From the NCBI GenBank assembly GCA_048885535.1, contig JBHLLO010000002.1:31081-95080 (forward strand): DNA of 64,000 bases. Reading direction: 5' to 3'. The position numbers were made by a program, and so were the translations under genes. Below the pieces are notes generated by a model. That model did no database searches. It saw only the letters and a list, made by a program, of their open reading frames with translations, and was not told where the DNA came from. This document shows, piece by piece, positions 19,290-30,135 of the stretch. This DNA comes from Candidatus Hermodarchaeota archaeon. Lineage in GTDB: Archaea > Asgardarchaeota > Lokiarchaeia > Sigyniarchaeales > SOKP01. How positions within the stretch are numbered: the stretch's first letter is position 1; every line of letters begins with the position of its first letter.

Positions 19290-19727
19290 TTAGACATCAA
19301 AAATTATTTCTATTTCTATTTTACTTCTTTTTTTTTTAATAGTCATAAATGAATAAGTCACAGCCTTCACCTCTGTACCAATTTCATGTTTATCTCGATC
19401 AAATTTCTCACCACTCATAATTGCTTTTAAAAAATATTCATCGTTCTTAGTTTTGTTTAAATTTACAATAATATCGCTAAAAATTAGGCCTTCAACATCA
19501 AAAAAGTAAAGAAACTCGGAGAGAAAGTCGAATAATAAAGCATAAGTATCTTCTGATGTTATTTCGATACTTCTTTTCACAAGTGGTGAAATTCTTTTCA
19601 AATCTGGAGTCATAATAGTCATCAGACTTAAAGCTGTTTGTATAAATGCGTCCTCTAAAGTTCTACCCCAACTCCTTACTTTTATATCTGCTGTATGTTC
19701 TTCAAATTCAAATCCTGCTTCTTTCAT
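19290..19727 (-). CDS. Archease (RtcB cofactor)
   Basis: EHTADI, EVKAVTY, C-terminal IFDV; adjacent and convergent with rtcB. Confidence 0.95.
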   Translation of the reverse strand: MKEAGFEFEEHTADIKVRSWGRTLEDAFIQTALSLMTIMTPDLKRISPLVKRSIEITSEDTYALLFDFLSEFLYFFDVEGLIFSDIIVNLNKTKNDEYFLKAIMSGEKFDRDKHEIGTEVKAVTYSFMTIKKKRSKIEIEIIFDV

Positions 19728-19746
19728 TATTAAGTCAAAAACATAA

Positions 19747-20322
19747 TTGGAATTTATTAAGTTGTTGTCTAAATTTGATTTTTTTAGGACTTTAAATCTC
19801 TTCTTAAAAAGATTCTTATGTATGCTTTATACGATCTTAGATGATTTAATTTTTTATCAGTCTTTGAAATTTATTAGAAAATATACTAATTTCGAACTTA
19901 AACTATTCGATTATTTTTATAATAAAACAAATATTTATCCTAAAAACATTGTTGTCATCAATCAGATCGTATTTTTTTTCGTTGATAATGAAGATTATTT
20001 TGAAGCAAAGTTGTATTTGAGTTCTCTTAGATTTAAATTATGCAGAAAGGTAGCTTTAATTCGCGCAGAAAACACTCTAATTAATTTAATACATAGCTTT
20101 TTTCCTGATATATATATACATGATATAAGAGTAGAATATAACATTTATTCGCGTAAGCGAGAGATATCTGTTAACTTTCTGACCTTCAAGGAGAGGGGGA
20201 TCGCAATAGGTAAGAATGGAGATTATATAAAAGCAATTAACGAATTACTTGAAAAATATATTGAGTTCCAAAAGTTTGGAAAACCAGTAAAAATATCTTG
20301 CAAAGTTACAAAATTAGACTAG
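19747..20322 (+). CDS. NusA-like KH-domain protein
   Basis: RGIAIGKNGDYIK GxxG KH loop; the true start may be the ATG at 19822. Confidence 0.7.
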   Translation: MEFIKLLSKFDFFRTLNLFLKRFLCMLYTILDDLIFYQSLKFIRKYTNFELKLFDYFYNKTNIYPKNIVVINQIVFFFVDNEDYFEAKLYLSSLRFKLCRKVALIRAENTLINLIHSFFPDIYIHDIRVEYNIYSRKREISVNFLTFKERGIAIGKNGDYIKAINELLEKYIEFQKFGKPVKISCKVTKLD

Positions 20323-20326
20323 GAAT

Positions 20327-21100
20327 TTACCAGGGGACATCTTTTAGACCAGTAATATAAGCAACTGTATTAGCAATAATGCTTACTGAAGGTGTCAAAA
20401 TTAATAAGAAAATGATAATAAATATATCTGGGGCAAGATATAGTCCTGGAATTATTAAAGCGGGAATAGCTGCAAAGAGAATCGCAAAAGAGACAAAATC
20501 AAGTTGATCAATTATCCAAAAGGGTGCTCCACTCTGAATATTCAATCTTCTTTTGAAGAAGGAGCCAATTAGATCTCCAAAAGCAGCACCGTAAGAACAT
20601 AATATAATTCTTAATAATATTATTGGTAAACCTGAGGGGAATGACCCACCAATGAAATAAAATTGATAATAAATTAAATCAGTATAGAGTTTATATATTC
20701 CATGTGTCATTCCAGAAAGAGGGATCACCTCAATAGCAGGCCATAGTGCTAAAAACAAAAGATAGATCCCGAAGGATATTGGAATCCCTAAATAAAGAGG
20801 TCCAAAAATGAAACCTCGCCAGGTCTTATGCTCTCCAAATAATCTCCGCCCATCTTTACAGAATTTTCCACGATCTATTGGTTTACCTCCTCCAACAATT
20901 ACCATTCCAGCATTTGAAATATACCCAGGTGTTATAAATAATAAACTAAAAATAAGAAGTGCAATCCAATCTGTCCATGCAAATATTAGAGAAATAAATA
21001 AAAAATTCATTATAAGCAAAAGTGTGAAACTAATCGCTAATATTTTAGCAATTTTTGTATTTCTCTTCTTGAAAGAATAAGTAATATCATTTTGAGACAT
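20327..21100 (-). CDS. carS: CDP-archaeol synthase
   Basis: PID.G....DGRRLFGEHKTWRG, GDLIGSFFKRRL, DQLDF, GLKDVPW; multiple TM helices. Confidence 0.95.
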   Translation of the reverse strand: MSQNDITYSFKKRNTKIAKILAISFTLLLIMNFLFISLIFAWTDWIALLIFSLLFITPGYISNAGMVIVGGGKPIDRGKFCKDGRRLFGEHKTWRGFIFGPLYLGIPISFGIYLLFLALWPAIEVIPLSGMTHGIYKLYTDLIYYQFYFIGGSFPSGLPIILLRIILCSYGAAFGDLIGSFFKRRLNIQSGAPFWIIDQLDFVSFAILFAAIPALIIPGLYLAPDIFIIIFLLILTPSVSIIANTVAYITGLKDVPW

Positions 21101-21362
21101 TTTTCCTTAGTGATCTGTAAGAGAACTTAGATGAAATAATTATTTATTAAAATTAAATATTGGTAAAAATAAAGAAATATAATAAATCATTAATATATTG
21201 TTCTATAAATAATAATCTTTTAAAAGTGAAACTGTGATATTAAAAAATACAGAAAAGATAAGTCAGAATATATTAACGATTTAACAGCTCTCGATTAATT
21301 TGTCGGTTAACAAATAGTTTTTAAATACTTGTTAATAATAAATATAGCGTAGGTGTTATTGT

Positions 21363-22685
21363 TTGTTGACGGATTCAAAAGATAATGACAATTACTCTTT
21401 TAATATCGATAGATTTTACAAGAATTATTTGAAAGGACCTAAAATTTTTAAGATGCGTGAAGCTTTAGAGCCCTCATATATTCCTGATGAATTACCTCAT
21501 CGAGATAATGAGATTAAAAAAATTGCGGGGATTACTGCATGTGCACTAAATGGAGATGTACCACCTAATTTTTTATGCTATGGAATGACGGGTACTGGAA
21601 AAACGGCAACAATCAGATATATCAGTCAAAAACTGGCTCAACATTGTGAAGGATCCCCTCCCTGGTGGATTTATATAAATTGCAATATAATATCTACACC
21701 ATATCGTATTTTAGCTCATATTTATAACACTATAGTAGGAAAAGAAAAAATACCCCCAACTGGATTACCAAAAGACATTATCTTCAAAAAACTACTCGGG
21801 ATACTAGATTTAAAAATAAAAAATAGTGTATGTTTCCTTGTTTTAGATGAGATTGATGTTCTTATTGAGCGTAGAGGGGGGAATGAAATTTTATATGACT
21901 TAACAAGGCTAAATGAAAATTTAGATTCATGTAGAACCTGTTCAATAGGTATTTCCAATAAGTTAAGATTTATGGATCATTTGGATTCGAGAGTTACTTC
22001 AGCATTATCGGGGCAAGAACCTATAGTGTTTCACCCATATAATGCTAATGAATTAGCAGATATACTCAAACAACGTTCGGATATTGCTTTTAATGAGAAC
22101 GTTTTGGGCGAAGGCGTTATAAAATTATGTGCTGGTTTAGCTGCAAAAGAGCATGGTGATGCAAGAAAGGCTCTTCAATTACTAAGGAAAGCTGGAGAGA
22201 TAGCTGAGAGAAAGCAACATAAAGAAATCTCAGAAATAGACGTTATTAAAGCTCAAAAAGATCTTGAAAAAGATCATATAGTAGAATATATATTATCTAT
22301 GCCCCTCCAAGCGCAATTAACGTTAACAGCCATTTATATTTTGAAAAAATTTGGAAAAGATCATATTATTACTTCTGGTGATATATATGAAACCCACTCA
22401 GAATTAACTAAAATGTTACCTGGTGTAAAACAACTAACACACAGGAGAATTAGTGATTATATTAATGAATTATCGTTAGCAGGGATAATAAATGCTAGTA
22501 CAAAATCTATGGGGCATTATGGTAGGACAAAATTGATTGAAATTGATATCGAAAAAGATATACTTGAACGAGCTTTATCCCAAATAAAAAAATTTAAAGT
22601 GACTGGTATTTTAAACTATAAACCAATAACTTTGCAAAGTGATAAGGTTAAGATTAAGAACAATGTATTCAGAAAATTAATTTAA
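21363..22685 (+). CDS. cdc6: Orc1/Cdc6 replication initiator
   Basis: YIPDELPHRDNEI, GMTGTGKT, LDEID, HGDARKAL, C-terminal wHTH with GHYGRT; TTG start. Confidence 0.95.
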   Translation: MLTDSKDNDNYSFNIDRFYKNYLKGPKIFKMREALEPSYIPDELPHRDNEIKKIAGITACALNGDVPPNFLCYGMTGTGKTATIRYISQKLAQHCEGSPPWWIYINCNIISTPYRILAHIYNTIVGKEKIPPTGLPKDIIFKKLLGILDLKIKNSVCFLVLDEIDVLIERRGGNEILYDLTRLNENLDSCRTCSIGISNKLRFMDHLDSRVTSALSGQEPIVFHPYNANELADILKQRSDIAFNENVLGEGVIKLCAGLAAKEHGDARKALQLLRKAGEIAERKQHKEISEIDVIKAQKDLEKDHIVEYILSMPLQAQLTLTAIYILKKFGKDHIITSGDIYETHSELTKMLPGVKQLTHRRISDYINELSLAGIINASTKSMGHYGRTKLIEIDIEKDILERALSQIKKFKVTGILNYKPITLQSDKVKIKNNVFRKLI

Positions 22686-23360
22686 AAATTCTATTTCTTC
22701 AATCTCATCAGCTATTCGTTTAAGGAAGGAAGCTGTCAAATTTTCATCTTTTTCCTTTAACAAGAGGAATAATCTAACAAGATGCTTGCAAAACTTTTTT
22801 TCCACTGATTTTCTTGTCTGGAAATCATGACAATTATGCTTCAATTTTTTTTTATTTAAATCTATTTTAAGTATATAAGCTTCCTCTTTAGACCCTTTCA
22901 CAGTTGCATCTATTAAACCTTTATCTAAGTTAATTATTCGAAAACTAAATGCTGATTCAGAAATACTGACTGCTCGATTTATTGTCGATTTATCTGAAAA
23001 TCCTTTTAAAATAATATTAAATTCATTTTTACTGTTTTTTTGGAATTGATTACTAAGTTTAATTTGTATTTTATAAGAAGCCATTTTTGCTAGAATGTCT
23101 AACTTTCTCTCATTTTGCCAATTTAATAGAGCTAAATTTAGCTTCTTAGACAATTTAAGGTTTTTATTTTCGTCTTGTATGATAAACTGGTTTTTGATGG
23201 CGTTACTAATAAACCTTTCTGCCTCATTGGGAGAATAAAGGAACAATTCAAAAGATAATTTATATAGCAGGTCATTGAATGAAATGTATGGGAAATTTAG
23301 GATTTTCCATATATATAATACCATTTCTGAGACTTTTTGTCTAGGAATTGGAAAAGACAT
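22677..23360 (-). CDS. Hypothetical protein with C-terminal SWIM zinc finger
   Basis: VKGSKEEAY...HNCHDF...FCKHL. Confidence 0.8.
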   Translation of the reverse strand: MSFPIPRQKVSEMVLYIWKILNFPYISFNDLLYKLSFELFLYSPNEAERFISNAIKNQFIIQDENKNLKLSKKLNLALLNWQNERKLDILAKMASYKIQIKLSNQFQKNSKNEFNIILKGFSDKSTINRAVSISESAFSFRIINLDKGLIDATVKGSKEEAYILKIDLNKKKLKHNCHDFQTRKSVEKKFCKHLVRLFLLLKEKDENLTASFLKRIADEIEEIEFLN

Positions 23361-23393
23361 GAGAAGTAGATTTGATTTATTTAATATATTTAA

Positions 23394-25169
23394 TTAATAA
23401 TTGCTTTTTAAGTCTAGTTCAAATGCTTTTAAATCATCTAGTTGAATAATTGGTACTATTCCTGGTGTTGGATTTATTCCAAAACTCTTCATAAAATCTG
23501 TTTGGGCTTGAAAGCATCCAGAATTGACTAATGTTATGTTATTATACTTTCCACTTCCATTTATATGAATATGTCCCGTGTGAAAAATGTCAGGAATATT
23601 ATCTATCACAAGCCAATCTGTTTCTAAAGGAGCTATTTGTGTTTTTTCTCCGTAGACGGGAGCTAGGTGCCTGCAGATAAGAAGTTCTTTCATAGCATCA
23701 ATAGGCTTATTAATATCTAATTCGTGTATCAATAAATTTAAATCGTGAATGCTTTCCCCATGATAAATGAGAGTATCAACATTGTGAGTCTTAATTAAAG
23801 AAGGATTGCCTAGGCATGATACATTTAGATTCAGTAAGTCTAAACTATACTTCTTGGAAACTGCGGGTCTAGGAATTGCGTTTCTCACGGGTTCATGATT
23901 ACCTGATACATAAAAAATTTTTATATATTCAGGAATTTGGTGTACAAATTCTAATGCTTTTTTATATTGATCATAAATATCTGAAATAATTAAATCTTTT
24001 TGTTGGTTAGGGTAAACACCAATTCCATCTACCAAATCACCATTTATTATAAGATACTTTACTCTTCCAGCAATTTCTCTTAATTTTTTATTACCTATTT
24101 CTCCATTCAAAAATTTGATGAATCTTTTGAATAAAGGTTCTTCAAACTCTTTACTACCAATATGCGTATCCGAAATTAAAGCGATAGAAATAGGTTCGAA
24201 TGACTTATTTGGTTGATAATCTCTAGGGAGTTCTGCTTTTGAAATATAATTAGCGAAAATAATTCCATTATTAAATTTATCACCCTTATTGTAAAATCCC
24301 TTTACGTAGATCATTTGATCATAGATAGTTCTTTTAATTGTTTTAATAGAATCTTGATCCTCTAAATCTTTTCTAACAAGTACGTTGATTATTCCCGTTA
24401 GATCTTCTAAAGCAAATAAATAATTTCCATTTTTAGTCTGACGGATATCTTTAACTAATCCTATCAGTGATATTTCATTTTCTTTTGGAAACCTATCAAG
24501 ATTTCTTATTTTAACTGTTGAACGAATATCAAATCGCTTCTTCATAAGAGATTCCAGCTTTTCGAATTTGTTTAAAGTTAATCTGTAAAAATCAGAATAT
24601 TCTCCATCTGTATATAACTTTCCTGTTGGATCCTTTAGAATTTCATATTCGGCTTCATAATTCTTAGCAATGGGAGAAAAGTGAGTAGTTGATTTAGTCG
24701 CTCCACTCTGTCTAAACTTTTGTTCTATAGAGTTTAATAAATCTTTATCAGAATTCGATGCCTTTCCTATTTGTGAATTTATATTATTCGATTCTGGTTC
24801 TATTATATTATCTAACTCTTGAGTTTCACTTTCAATTTCAATATTTAAGGATTGATTTAACAGGTCCCCTTCTAAAGCTTTCTTCTTAATTACTCTTTTT
24901 AACACTTTTTGTATTTTTTCATTCGAAATTTGGAGTAAAATATTTTCTGTTAGGTGACTTTTAAAATTTGGAATAAAGCTTAACTCTTTTATTATTAAAC
25001 TTAAACTTTTTTGAGGATTCTTCAAATTTAAAATGTATTCCAAACTTTCAGGTGTAATATTAATCCCTGAATTGACTAGCTTATTAATTATTATCCGTTT
25101 TAGTTCTATTAAATCCCTCTCCAATGATATCTCTTCCCCTTTGCAATTATAATACTTATATTGAAACAA
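23394..25169 (-). CDS. polB: DNA polymerase D small (proofreading) subunit DP1
   Basis: OB fold LEDLTG; SDTHIGS, GDLVDGIGVYP, GNHE, HLAP, HTGHIH, NSGCFQ; exact start uncertain. Confidence 0.95.
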   Translation of the reverse strand: MFQYKYYNCKGEEISLERDLIELKRIIINKLVNSGINITPESLEYILNLKNPQKSLSLIIKELSFIPNFKSHLTENILLQISNEKIQKVLKRVIKKKALEGDLLNQSLNIEIESETQELDNIIEPESNNINSQIGKASNSDKDLLNSIEQKFRQSGATKSTTHFSPIAKNYEAEYEILKDPTGKLYTDGEYSDFYRLTLNKFEKLESLMKKRFDIRSTVKIRNLDRFPKENEISLIGLVKDIRQTKNGNYLFALEDLTGIINVLVRKDLEDQDSIKTIKRTIYDQMIYVKGFYNKGDKFNNGIIFANYISKAELPRDYQPNKSFEPISIALISDTHIGSKEFEEPLFKRFIKFLNGEIGNKKLREIAGRVKYLIINGDLVDGIGVYPNQQKDLIISDIYDQYKKALEFVHQIPEYIKIFYVSGNHEPVRNAIPRPAVSKKYSLDLLNLNVSCLGNPSLIKTHNVDTLIYHGESIHDLNLLIHELDINKPIDAMKELLICRHLAPVYGEKTQIAPLETDWLVIDNIPDIFHTGHIHINGSGKYNNITLVNSGCFQAQTDFMKSFGINPTPGIVPIIQLDDLKAFELDLKSNY

Positions 25170-25393
25170 AATTTAATGGTTTGTTATTAAACTAAAAACA
25201 AATTATTCTTTTTTATAAATTGGGAGGGTTCAAAATATCAATATCATAGTATTAAAGGGTTTATTAAAAATTCTTTAACTCTATCAATTAAAATAGAGGG
25301 CGTCAATTAGCCTATTAATAAATTAATTTATTTAGTTTATTGTTATTAAGAAGATAAATTTTTTTGTATTATTTTTTTTAAAGCTGATTAACT

Positions 25394-28300
25394 ATGGTTG
25401 AAATGTCTAATGAAATGGAAAATTATTTTTCAGAGATTCAAAATCAAGTAGATGATTGTTATAACATAGCAGAAAAAGCTCGTAAAAAAGGTTTAGATCC
25501 TGAGATGTTTGTGGAGTGTCCACAAGCAAGAGATTTAGCTGGAAGAGTAGAAAAACTTGTAGGCCCAGAAGGAGTTGCTAAACTTATAAGAGAACTTAAA
25601 AATAAGGGAAAAAGCGATGATGAAATAGTATTTCAAGTAGTTAAAGATATATTAGATCAAAGAGTTGGCAATATAAATTCATTAGAGGAGAGGGTGGAAA
25701 GAGCGATTAGAGTCGGTCTAGCTATAAAAACTATGGGGGTTGTGAGTGCTCCTTTGGAAGGAATTTCAAAAATACTCGTTCGAAATGATAAGCAAGGAAA
25801 TAGATACCTCTCACTTTATTTTGCGGGACCAATAAGGGCCGCTGGAGGAACAACGGCAGCATTATGTGTTTTAATTGCTGATTATGTTAGAGAAAAGACA
25901 AATATACCTAAATATGAGGCCACAGAAGCAGAAATTGGAAGATATGTAGAAGAAGTAAAGCTATATGACCGGAGGGTTCATTTACAATATCCATCCTCTA
26001 ACGATGAAATTAGATTTGCAGTGAAGAATCTACCTGTTGAAATAAATGGGGATTCAACTGAAGATGAAGAAGTATCAGCATTTCGAAATTTACCACGGAT
26101 TGATACAAACAAAATTCGTGGAGGTGCTTGTTTAGTTTTAAATGATGGAATTCTTTTAAAAGCACCAAAACTATTAAAAATAGCAAGTGCAATGAATTTA
26201 GAAGGTTGGAATTGGTTAGATGATTTGAAAAAAATCGCTAGTAAAGGAGAAAGCAAAAATAAAGTAAAAGAAAAAGAATTTGCAGGAAAAGACAAAAACA
26301 AAATACCCCCAAACTCAAAATTTGTTGCTGATATTATTGCTGGAAGACCTGTATTTAGCCACCCATCAAATGTTGGGGGCCACAGAATAAGATATGGAAG
26401 ATGTAGAAACACTGGTTTAGCTGCAGCAGGTATCCATCCTGCTACAATGGGAATTTTAGATAACTTTATCTCAATTGGCACACAACTAAGGACTGAAAGA
26501 CCGGGGAAAAGTGCTAGCATTTGTCCTGTTAGTTCTATTGAACCCCCAATCGTCAAATTAAAGAATGGAAGTGTAGTTAAAGTAAAAAATTATAATTTAG
26601 CAGTCAAATACTTTCCAGAAGTTGAAGAGATATTATTTCTTGGTGACATTCTTTTTAGTTTTGGAGAATTCGCCGAAAATAATCATGTGTTAATACCTTC
26701 CGGTTATGTTGAAGAATGGTGGGCTTTAGATTTAGAAAAAGTAGTTAAAGACATCCAGAGTATAGATCAAAAAATAAAGGACTATATACGTAATCCATTT
26801 AGATTCAAACCTACTCCAGAGGATGCCATTAAGTTATCACTAAAGTATAATATCCCTTTACATCCATCTTATACTGATTTTTGGGGAAATGTTTCAGTTG
26901 ATGATTTAATTTTATTAAGAAATGCCTTCTTGTTAAATTTTTCAAAAAATAATGATAAATTGATTATAGATAATGATAAGGAAGTTAAAGAAGTTTTAGA
27001 AAAAGCTTTTATTCCACATAAAGTAAAGGAAAATAAAATAACCTTTAAGAAATCTAAAAGTTATGTATATAAAATATTGTTTAATCTTAAAGAAAAGCAA
27101 AGCAACGTAGTAAATAAGGAAGAAGATGTGTTTACTTACTTTTATAGATTATCTACTATAAGAGTGAAGAATAAAGCTCCTTATTACATGGGAACTAGAA
27201 TGGGACGACCTGAAAAATCTGAGCGAAAAAGCATGAAAGGGATACACACTTTGTTTCCTCTAAGCGATAAAGTAGGAAATTCGAGATCAGTTGAGAAAGC
27301 GATGGATTTACATAAAGTAAAAATAGATGTATGTAGAAGATTATGTCCTAATTGCAATAACGTAAGTATCTTTAATTTATGTCCTAATTGTAAAACTCAT
27401 ACTGATTTAAAATCAATCTGTTTAAAATGTAAGAGTTTATATCCAGCATCAGATCCTCAAGAAAAGGAAGTATGCCCAAAATGCAAGGAAATGTTGAAAT
27501 CTTCAAGTGATGCTTTATTTGATATTAAATCATATATAGATATGGTATTAGATTCTCTTCAGATATCTTTTCCAAAAAAGCTAAAGGGTATTTTTGGTTT
27601 AACCAACACTTTCAAAGTACCAGAACCAATAGAGAAAGGTATTTTAAGAGCTAAAAATGATGTTTTGGTTTATAAAACTGCTGAGATAAGATACGATGCT
27701 ACTGATATACCTTTAACCCATTTTAAAGCTGAAGAAGTGGGCGTCTCCATTGAAAAGTTAAAAGATTTAGGATATACCTTAGATTTCAAGGGCGAGCCAT
27801 TAAATAGAGAAGATCAGATTATTGAACTGAAAGTGCAAGATGTAATTATCTCTGATGATTGTGCTAATTATTTAGTTAAGGTTTCAACTTTTTTAGATGA
27901 TGAATTAGAGTATTTTTATAAAATGAATAGATACTATAATATTTCCGACAAGAAAGATTTAATTGGACATTTGATAGTAGGATTAGCGCCTCACACCAGT
28001 GCTGGAATTATCGGTCGTATTATCGGTTTTTCTCCTGTAAGGGGTATTTATGCTCATCCCTATTGGCATGCGGCAAAGAGGAGGAATTGCGATGGGGATG
28101 AGGATGGAATCATGCTACTTTTAGATCCCCTTTTAAATTTTTCAAGATATTATTTACCTAGTAAAATTGGAGGAAGAATGGATGCTACACTAGTTATTGG
28201 AACATTACTTGATCCAAATGAAATAGATGTCGAAGCACATAATATAGATACACTATTCAATTATCCTTTGGAGTTTTATGAAGCAACAGAGATATATAAA

Positions 28301-28846
28301 TCCCCTTCAGAAATAGAACATCTAATGAATCTTGTAAAAAGCCGATTAGGCTCTCCAGAACAATATGAAAATATTGGGTTTAATATTCCTACAGATAATA
28401 TTAACGATGGTCCGACTGTAACAGCATATAAAACCTATGAATCCATGGATAGCAAAATAGACGGTCAATTACATTTGGCTAAAATCATTAAGGCCGTAAA
28501 TGCAAAAAAAGTTGCTGAAAAAATATTGATGACACACTTCAACCCAGATATTTTAGGTAATTTGAGAAAATTTTCTGTGCAAGAATTTAGATGTGTGAAA
28601 TGTAATGAAAAGTTCAGAAGACCTCCCATTTCAAATTCAGGAAATTGTACTAAATGTGGGAATAGAGTTATATTAACAGTCAATAAAGGTGGAATTGAAA
28701 AATATATCCCCCGGGCAATTAAATTATGCAAAAATTTCAAACTAGATAAATATACTGTTCAGAGAATGGAATTGATCCAAGAGTACGTTGAAAGTCTAAC
28801 TAATAATCCGAGAATCAAACAGCAAAAACTTTCTGATTTTTTCTAA
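25394..28846 (+). CDS. polC: DNA polymerase D large catalytic subunit DP2
   Basis: YFAGPIRAAGGT, RYGRCRNTG, RMGRPEKS, HAAKRRNCDGDED, Zn fingers, C-terminal PIP-like QQKLSDFF; no intein. Confidence 0.98.
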   Translation: MVEMSNEMENYFSEIQNQVDDCYNIAEKARKKGLDPEMFVECPQARDLAGRVEKLVGPEGVAKLIRELKNKGKSDDEIVFQVVKDILDQRVGNINSLEERVERAIRVGLAIKTMGVVSAPLEGISKILVRNDKQGNRYLSLYFAGPIRAAGGTTAALCVLIADYVREKTNIPKYEATEAEIGRYVEEVKLYDRRVHLQYPSSNDEIRFAVKNLPVEINGDSTEDEEVSAFRNLPRIDTNKIRGGACLVLNDGILLKAPKLLKIASAMNLEGWNWLDDLKKIASKGESKNKVKEKEFAGKDKNKIPPNSKFVADIIAGRPVFSHPSNVGGHRIRYGRCRNTGLAAAGIHPATMGILDNFISIGTQLRTERPGKSASICPVSSIEPPIVKLKNGSVVKVKNYNLAVKYFPEVEEILFLGDILFSFGEFAENNHVLIPSGYVEEWWALDLEKVVKDIQSIDQKIKDYIRNPFRFKPTPEDAIKLSLKYNIPLHPSYTDFWGNVSVDDLILLRNAFLLNFSKNNDKLIIDNDKEVKEVLEKAFIPHKVKENKITFKKSKSYVYKILFNLKEKQSNVVNKEEDVFTYFYRLSTIRVKNKAPYYMGTRMGRPEKSERKSMKGIHTLFPLSDKVGNSRSVEKAMDLHKVKIDVCRRLCPNCNNVSIFNLCPNCKTHTDLKSICLKCKSLYPASDPQEKEVCPKCKEMLKSSSDALFDIKSYIDMVLDSLQISFPKKLKGIFGLTNTFKVPEPIEKGILRAKNDVLVYKTAEIRYDATDIPLTHFKAEEVGVSIEKLKDLGYTLDFKGEPLNREDQIIELKVQDVIISDDCANYLVKVSTFLDDELEYFYKMNRYYNISDKKDLIGHLIVGLAPHTSAGIIGRIIGFSPVRGIYAHPYWHAAKRRNCDGDEDGIMLLLDPLLNFSRYYLPSKIGGRMDATLVIGTLLDPNEIDVEAHNIDTLFNYPLEFYEATEIYKSPSEIEHLMNLVKSRLGSPEQYENIGFNIPTDNINDGPTVTAYKTYESMDSKIDGQLHLAKIIKAVNAKKVAEKILMTHFNPDILGNLRKFSVQEFRCVKCNEKFRRPPISNSGNCTKCGNRVILTVNKGGIEKYIPRAIKLCKNFKLDKYTVQRMELIQEYVESLTNNPRIKQQKLSDFF

Positions 28847-30036
28847 ATCGATTCATCTATAGTTTTTACAGCATCAAAACATATTTCTAAACATCCACTC
28901 AGATTTTTCAAATAAATTCTTTTTGGAGTGTCTTTAGAGGAATGAATATATTTAGAATCTTTTGCTGAATGAAAGCAAGCTACTTGTAGGTTTGTTTTTG
29001 TCTTTTTAGCAAATTTCTTAAAAGATATATGGTCTGTTCCTGGTCTAATTGATCGATCATAGTTTACAACAGGAATCTTATTTCTAATTGCAGAAGCCTT
29101 TAATATTTCATTTAAATTTTTATTGGTGTCTTTTTTAAAAATTCCAGTCCTATTAAGAAGACCTATATAAGATCCAACCATATCGATAATTATACTAAAA
29201 GAGTTATCAAGATCGTAAGTTTGTTTAAACTCCTCCCTGTGTTTTTTTAAAAATCTATTTGCTCCAACTAATCCCCATTCTTCAGCTCCACTCCAAAGAA
29301 ATATTACATCAAAATTTTTAATAGGATTCCTTTTTAAGATTTTCATTAACTCAATTAAGATTGAAACCCCAGATGCATTATCAATAGAACCTTTGGATTT
29401 CTTATTATCATAAATTAATAGAAAAATTAATAAAATTATCCCAAATTCAATTCCAGTGGTAATAAATATAAATGGTTCAAGAGCAAATCTATGTTCATAT
29501 AAAGAAAATACATCAGATATGACTAATATAGAAGTAAATATCATAATCGTAAAGTATGGAATAATTATCATTCTAAAGATAAAGAATAAGACATTTTGCA
29601 ACCTGTAAGGGGCAGTTGCCGAAAATGAGTCATAATGTGCACAGAAAAAAATAACTGGTCTTTTTTCTTTTTGGTTTTCAGCTGGAATTATAGTATAAAT
29701 ATTTCTAGATTCTTCCTTTTGAATTAAGGAATATTCACGAAGTTTGGGGAAGAGATATTTTATTGCAAAAAAGATAATTAAAATTAATACAGTTTCATAC
29801 CTTAATATAAAATAAATTATGAAAATCACATAAAATAGTCTCATTAAAGCTCTTTTAGGTCCTGTCCAGTCAAAAAATTCAATTACAGGTTTTAGATTTT
29901 CTTTATTTATAGTATTTTCAAGATAAACAAGAGCTTTTGTCTCTCCACTAGTGGTAGCCGTACGAGGGAAAGACAGTTCATATATATGATCAAGTAGGGC
30001 AATCTCCTCATATAATTTACTTTCCAAAATAGTCAT
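28843..30036 (-). CDS. M28 family metallopeptidase with inserted TM segments
   Basis: AHYDS, GSIDNASG, GAEEWGLVG, TDH, IHS; hydrophobic inserts. Confidence 0.88.
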   Translation of the reverse strand: MTILESKLYEEIALLDHIYELSFPRTATTSGETKALVYLENTINKENLKPVIEFFDWTGPKRALMRLFYVIFIIYFILRYETVLILIIFFAIKYLFPKLREYSLIQKEESRNIYTIIPAENQKEKRPVIFFCAHYDSFSATAPYRLQNVLFFIFRMIIIPYFTIMIFTSILVISDVFSLYEHRFALEPFIFITTGIEFGIILLIFLLIYDNKKSKGSIDNASGVSILIELMKILKRNPIKNFDVIFLWSGAEEWGLVGANRFLKKHREEFKQTYDLDNSFSIIIDMVGSYIGLLNRTGIFKKDTNKNLNEILKASAIRNKIPVVNYDRSIRPGTDHISFKKFAKKTKTNLQVACFHSAKDSKYIHSSKDTPKRIYLKNLSGCLEICFDAVKTIDESI

Positions 30037-30135
30037 ATCATAATCTGATTATTTTGGGAAACTTATGTAGGTTATGGTTTTTAATAATAAATAAAATCTA
30101 TTTTCTAGAAAAAAATGTCTATAATTTTAAAAAAA

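Noticed and set aside
21101-21362. Possible replication origin upstream of cdc6
   Set aside because: AT-rich, but no repeated ORB/mini-ORB with a G-string could be found; only one weak AAAGTGAAAC
25978-26556. 192-aa minus-strand ORF and the other short track ORFs nested inside long genes
   Set aside because: Antisense or alternate-frame shadows of well-supported genes, with no motifs
25394-28846. Inteins in DP2 (also checked RtcB, Cdc6, NrdD and Rpo2)
   Set aside because: Lengths are normal, conserved motifs are contiguous, and no intein termini or LAGLIDADG blocks are visible
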